DNA of 44,548 nucleotides, taken from NCBI GenBank assembly GCA_032718475.1, contig JAUCBJ010007537.1, positions 1 to 44,548 on the forward strand, read 5' to 3'. Under the pieces are notes generated by a model, which saw only the letters and a program-made list of their open reading frames with translations, was not told the origin of the DNA and searched no databases. A program made the translations under genes and the position numbers. Source of the DNA: Nemertoderma westbladi. Lineage: Eukaryota > Animalia > Xenacoelomorpha. Below, in pieces: positions 38,687 to 44,548 of the stretch. Positions within the stretch are counted from its first letter, which is position 1. Each line of letters starts with the position of its first letter.

Positions 38687-40234
38687 TTAAACTGCTAAAG
38701 GTCTAAAAGCGCGAACATTAATAGTTTTGATTCTTGATTGCACGTAGGCAATAAAGTAGAATGTACCGGCCGGACGGTAAACTGTGGGCCTAACTGCCTA
38801 AACACCCGAACCGGTACTTACAGGTACCCAGTATTATTTCAATTGTGAAATATTGTATATTGTAGGCTGTTAGGGGATTAGGGATTGACCACCCCTTATT
38901 CCTTTGTATGGTTTACTTATTTCTGTCAGTTTTATTTATCTGTAAGTGTAATATTGAGCAGAAGGCGTGTAAGCCTGCTCAGATTGTATAAATAATTTGT
39001 AGGCCGGATTGTTGTCTGACTGTTGTTAGGTCTGAAGCGATTGCAGTGTGTGTAGAGTGTCTGTCCGATAAAGTGCTAGTTAGGAAGGTGGGGGCATCCA
39101 GTGCTGTAAGGTAAATCCCCCCCGAAAGAATAAGTTGTACTACTCAGTTAGAACGCCTACTAACTAACCATTTTGGAGTCTGCATATACTGTGGTTTATT
39201 TAGGCTTGACAGTAGTCTGCCAGCATTTGGTCTGTATATTGTTTGAATAGTCTGCACGGGTAGCGCAATATTTATTATTCAGAGTCTATGCGAGTATTCG
39301 CAACCTCTAATTCCCCAAGTTTATTCCTACAGTAATTGTGCTTGTTATACATACCGTTATAGCTAAATTAACCCCGGTACTACATCAGTGCTGCTTGGCG
39401 TAGGTAAAGACTGGTGATTTTGTGCTCCGGTCACTCCAGCAGATACCGTGGTTCTTTTGGCTGTTCAAGTATATTTAACTGCTGGTTATTTGTTTTATAA
39501 GTACTTGTACCTAATTTAGGGTTTAGAGTACAGTGCTTTCCGAAAGTGATTTAGTGTGTACGCAGTATATTTGTGTTGTAACGTGGTTAATTTGGCACGT
39601 TAGCTCTGGTTGGCTTCGGTAATTAACCTCTAGGTAAGGACACTCCGGGTACATAACGTAGTACTTATAGAGCTAAGACTATAAGTCGTCAGACGGTGGT
39701 ATTTCCTTATCTGGACAACGCAATTTACTTACTACTGCTTTATTGTTTTGAAATACCGTAGTTTCCTGTCAGTTTGTAAGAACCAGAAATTCTAACTCCT
39801 TGTTAGGCTGGTTTGTAGATTTCTTGTAAAATTACCCTAAAAATTGTATGTGTAACTTGTTATTGTTATTTAGAGATTGTAATCTCAACCTGTTAGTAAT
39901 TGTAAGTAATTTGTAGTGATAAGTAACTTAGTAAAGTAGAAATATCAGGTATTAGTGTTCAACAAGTAGCACTCCACTGAGAGCGTTCAGCTTCTGTGTA
40001 GTGACTCCATACCCAGAAATAATAACATTTATTTCAAATATTGTCAAAACCCCTTGTACGGGTATATATATATATTTATAAATCAATTCAAACAGATTTA
40101 TAAAATAGTAGGCCTGTTATACATCAATTAGGTCGTAATATCAGTTGAACTACTGCTTAATAACAGTAATAAGTAAAAGGGAAGTAACCCTAAAATTCAG
40201 AAATTCAGTTATTATAAAATAATTGACATTACCA

Positions 40235-40731
40235 GTATTTACGGTAGGCTTATTATATATATTTATATAAATTTAGGTTGAAATTATATACCGGTATTCT
40301 GTGACTAATCCTAGTCTATAATAATACTTATATATACTATAGGTGTATACCGGTATTTACGGTAGGCTTATTATATATATTTATATAAATTTAGGCTGAA
40401 ATTATATACCGGTATTCTGTGACTAATCCTAGTCTATAATAATACTTATATATACTATAGGTGTATACCGGTATTTATGGTAGGCTTATTATATTTATTT
40501 ATATAAATTTAGGCTGAAATTATATACCGGTATTCTGTGACTAATCCTAGTCTATAATAATACTTATATATACTATAGGTGTATACCGGTATTTACGGTA
40601 GGCGTATTATATTTATTTATATAAATTTTAGGCTGAAATTATATACCGGTATTCTGTGACTAATCCTAGTCTGTAATAATACTTATTAATTTTAAATACT
40701 TATATATATACTATAAGTGTATACCGGTATT
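40235..40731. repeat. 118-bp AT-rich tandem repeat, about 4 copies
   Basis: gtatttacggtaggc recurs at 40235, 40353, 40471 and 40589. Confidence 0.95.
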
Positions 40732-40868
40732 TTAATATTAATTATATATATCACGTTACACTGAGTAATGGTATCGGTAATTAATTACTAGGCTTACAGT
40801 TGATACTGAATTACTAGATTTGCTTTAAATGTCATTATAGTAGTAGGCATTCAACTGTAAATTAAATC

Positions 40869-41771
40869 ATGTCTGACACAAAACAAACACTGTCAGATAG
40901 TCTCTTAGGAAGTGTTAGAATGAGTGTTAGACAGTGTCTTAAAAAGATCTGTGACCCAGATCAAAGCATAGAACATCCCAGACCAAAGTCCAAGTCCCCT
41001 CCTACTGTAAGAAAGGTCATCCCTCCAGTAGTAGTATCAGACCATAGGCTAGTAAAGCACCATAGGTCTATCATAGGCACTAGGGCTCAAGTTAAGCGGA
41101 ACCAAGAGGCAGCTGTTGAGCAGCAGCAACACCCGAACCGAGAACTTATTTCTCAACGGCCTGATAACTCTAGCAGTTCAGACACCAAAGAGTTGACACC
41201 CGAGATCGGAGCAAGGATGGCAGAAGCGGTTTATCCGGATCCACTTCTAATTCTTCCTGGAGCCGTACTCACTAGAGTGTTGATAGCTGTAGAGGAACAT
41301 CAAATCGATTGGGCGAGAAGTAAGCGATCGACCAGGGACAGTTATGCGGGATATACGATGGAGGAACTGAGGTCCATTGTAGAGGCGCAATGGAACTTCC
41401 CCGGACCCGGACTCCCGTTTAACCTATCGGAAGCTGCCTGGGAGGACTTATACAGGATGGGAGTGGTAAGGGACACTCGAGATCCAGCTGTGTGGAAGAG
41501 GTCGGCAGCAGGATATGTCCAGGGATTCTTCAGTTCTTTGGAGCGATTAGAAGAACACCTATTTCAATTCTCATTGGTTCCCCCAAGCTTGACACTAGAA
41601 CAAAATCACCTCCGCTTTGCAGGACATTGCTTTCGCCGTGAGGACCAGCCAGTGCATAATCTTGTACTTTGGCAGCCTCATGGAGTGAATAAGCATGGTG
41701 GACAGCCCATGACTTTCTTGAGACGCATCTTAAAGGACACTGGCCTTAACCCTATTAGTAACGGGCTATAA
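40869..41771 (+). other. Chimeric ORF: ~234 aa of unrecognised protein (possibly a retroelement ORF1/gag N-terminus) fused in frame to LINE and transposon-end sequence
   Basis: ATG-initiated 300-codon ORF of non-repetitive, relatively GC-rich sequence. Residues from SLVPPSLTLEQ onward match the LINE ORF; the stop lies inside the piggyBac-type end. Confidence 0.45.
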
Positions 41772-43301
41772 AATGCTGTACAAATACCGGGAGGGGGTCA
41801 TATTGACCCCCCCCTCTAAAATCTACAAATATTTACGAAAACGTCTGATTTTTTGTTTGTACGTAGGTATCACTTGTCTGGATCCGACCGAAAAAAAAAA
41901 TTTTCGAAAAAATGTACTGGGGTGGTTATATTGCAGCACCAAAATTACAAGTAGTGCACAATTTTCACAAAATTTGAAAGTTACATTTTCGGCTAATTAT
42001 TTTTCAATACAGGTTTTCTGGGGTGCAAAAAACATTGGAAAATATTTAAAAATGATATGATTACTATAAATGGCCGTTTAGTCCTCTCTGCGTAGGAAAA
42101 AAATGAAAAAAACAAGTAACCAGCACTTTTCAGGTAGAACACAAAATTTTTAATTCACTTATACGATGCTATAAATTCACATTTTCAGGTTTTCGATTGC
42201 GCTGATTCTAATGGAATACATTTCTAATATGCCAGATCATTGATACTTGTATTTTTCGGCGTAATTTGGCAAATTTTGGTGCTAGCACCAAATTTCGTAC
42301 CCATCACCAAAAAGTACAAGTTTGCGATGTCCAGTGCTGTTTTTATGGATTCCATCGGATTCAGGACCCTCATAAACCCGTATAACGCAAGAAACAAGGT
42401 GATACTATCTACTGATAAATTTGCATATTTTCCAAAATTTGGTGCTGGCACAACAATTTTCACCCACTGGCGAAAAATACCAGTTTGAGAACTCTTATGA
42501 AATTTTTACTGATTCCATTGAATTCAGAACCATCACAAACCCGTATAACGCAAGAAACAAGGTGACACAATCAATTGATATATTTGATGGTTTTCAAAAT
42601 TTGGTGCTAGCACCACATTTTGCACCCACATCCGAAAAATACAAGTTTGAGATGTCTAGTTCGATAATTATTTATTCCATTGAATTCAGAACAGCCATAA
42701 ACCTCTAAAACGCAAGAAATAAATTGTCACAAGCAATTTTATCTATCGAATGAATTTTCAAAATTTCGTGCTAGCACCAAAATTTGCACACAGCACCGAA
42801 AAATACAAGTTTGATACGCTTGGTGCAACTCGTATATATTTCATCGAATCCAGAACCCCAAAAAACCCCAATTGCGTAAAAAACAAGTTTCAAACAATCA
42901 ATTTACAAAATTGACATAATTCAAAATTTGGTGCTGGCACCAAAATTTGGCACCCACCGAAAAAAACAAGTTTGAAATTTCTAAATCAATTTATATGAAT
43001 TCCATCAAATTTCTAACACCAAAAAACCGGTGTAAATCAAAAATAGAGATGTTACAATTCATATTTAATGAAATGTAATTTTCAAAAAACGTCTCAAAAA
43101 AAGTGCCAAAAGTAGGGTTAAAAAATGGTGCTATAACTCGAAAAGTACCCAATATTTTTGAAAACGGTTTTCACTACTAGGAAGACAATAGATTTTTAGG
43201 AAAAGTCATAAAATTTCAGATTCCCAACTGCGTTTGTTTCAGAATTATAATAAAAAAACCACGGGGGGGGTCATATTGACCCCCCCCCGGGTTTAATAGG
43301 G
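41750..43301 (+). mobile_element. Non-autonomous piggyBac-type DNA transposon, 1552 bp
   Basis: Duplicated TTAA (41746-49 and 43302-05); termini CCCTATTA...TAATAGGG (12/16 match over the first 16 nt); subterminal GGGGGTCATATTGACCCCC palindromes; no transposase ORF. Confidence 0.9.
42270..43050. repeat. Diverged ~163-bp tandem repeat x5 inside the transposon
   Basis: The palindromic anchor aaatttggtgctagcaccaaa(a)ttt recurs at about 42271, 42434, 42596, 42760 and 42923, each followed by aaatacaagttt and ttccattgaattcaga-like motifs. Confidence 0.85.
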
Positions 43302-43423
43302 TTAAAGATGCGGATGATCTAGCAAATGTCATGGGTGATAGGGAGTTGTGGCGGTGCAATTTTGTTGACAAGCCAGCACAGCATTCTTAAAAATGCAGCT
43401 GCAATGCAGCATGCCGATCCTAG

Positions 43424-44289
43424 AAGTATGGTGTGTCATCTTTGTCTGTATGACTTGTAGAGCGATCCATCTAGATATGGTGAACGATCTATCTACCAAC
43501 AGCTTCATACTGAGTTTACGCCGACAGATCGCTCGCTTTGGAACTATCAACACAATGAGATCCGACAAGGAAACGAACTTCATTGGCGCCAATAATGAGA
43601 TCAAAGCTTATGTGAAAGATTGGAACCAAAGACAGGTGGACGATAAGCTAAGGGTAACAGCATCTAGCTGGACCTTCAACGCCGCCGACGCCCCTTGGTG
43701 GGGAGGAAGTTGGGAGAGATTAATACGGAGCGTGAAGACCGCATTTCACTTTATAGTGCCATGCCGCGCGTATCTTACCGACGAACTTTTGTGGACATTA
43801 ATGAAAGAAATTGCCGCCTATCTTAATGAGAGACAGCTTATGCCAGTCTCATCGAGTCCCGACTCCCTAGATGCGCTAACACCCGCGCATTTCCTACTAA
43901 AGAAACCTGTAGCCATGCTCCCGCAATCGGAAATCACGGACGGAGACGAATACTGCCGACAAACTTGGCAACTTATGCAGTTGTTATCCCGTCGTTTCGC
44001 TGACCATTTCGAAAAACATTATCTTCCTACGCTACAACTTCGAACAAAGTGATTTGCGCAGCAAGAAAACGTCAGCGCCGGAGACATGGTCCTTATCGTG
44101 GAATCAGATCTTCCACGTAAGAGGTGGCAGACAGGTCGTATCATCGAGACTCATATATCCGATGATGATTTAGTGCAATCGGTAGAACTCGTCGTCATGC
44201 GACGTAACTTTAAGAAACCTCGAATTGTATTCGAAACACAACAACTCAATCGCCCAGTTGGTCGTTTATGTTTACTGGAAAGAGACTGA
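43424..44289 (+). pseudogene. BEL/Pao LTR-retrotransposon integrase C-terminal remnant
   Basis: WCVIFVCMTCRAIHLD, SDKETNFIGA, APWWGGSWERLIRSVK, LTPAHFL, YLPTLQLRTK*, PRKRWQTGRI and RPVGRLCLL are BEL/Pao integrase and C-terminal motifs. TGA at 44050 replaces the expected Trp; the 5' part is missing. Confidence 0.9.
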
Positions 44290-44350
44290 GAGCTATCCGG
44301 AAACTATGGAAGGCAAGATCTAGGGACTCCCCAACGTAACAACAGTGTTT

Positions 44351-44548
44351 GGAGTGGGTGTGTGACTATATTATTTTATATTTTTTTATTATTTTTATAT
44401 TTATGTATGCATTATTACATAATTTTTATTATTATAATCGTTTTCTTTAATTTTATTTAGTAGAATATTATCTTAGCGATTATTCAGTAGATTAGTGCAA
44501 TATATATTCGCGTTTATTACTTAATTACTTAGCATTATATATTTCGTT
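44351..44548 (+). mobile_element. Probable polypurine tract and start of the 3' LTR of the BEL/Pao element (runs off the window)
   Basis: GGAGTGGG about 60 bp after the pol stop, followed by TGTG and an abrupt switch to AT-rich sequence. No matching 5' LTR in the window. Confidence 0.5.

Larger units (their letters stand above)
41569..43423 (+). mobile_element. 3' fragment of the RTE-clade LINE (41569-41749 and 43302-43423), split by a DNA transposon
   Basis: Removing 41750-43305 restores ...acactggccttaaagatgcggatg... exactly as at 12241-12265. Ends gccgatcctag. Confidence 0.93.

Noticed and set aside
38868-39410. Possible 5' LTR (TGTTAGGGG...TACA) and PBS (TGGCGTAG) for the downstream ORF
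   Set aside because: No second copy in the window, no match to the sequence after the BEL PPT, and the PBS match is only about 8 nt.

Overview
Repeat-rich animal (probably marine invertebrate) genomic DNA. One host gene is supported: a four-exon Dmrt3-like transcription factor on the minus strand (exons 12966-12755, 11111-10991, 10720-10519, 9752-8314; about 657 aa). It has a DM domain split by two introns, a DMA domain and a C-terminus expanded by coding minisatellites. More than half of the window is tandem arrays (68, 27, 22, 36, 40, ~15, 6 and 118 bp units). The rest is mostly decayed mobile DNA: several pieces of one RTE-clade LINE family (three with clear TSDs), L2/Crack-like and RTE-X-like fragments, a TTAA-flanked piggyBac-type non-autonomous element and its 133-bp miniature, a BEL/Pao integrase remnant, and two inverted near-identical LTR-like repeats bracketing the gene. 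The most notable observations are a 52-bp tandem repeat that quadruplicates the 5' splice site inside the DM domain, and a complete minimal type I hammerhead ribozyme at 24292-24334. Most long ORFs in the supplied track are artefacts of satellite DNA. Family assignments come from motif recognition by eye, not database searches.
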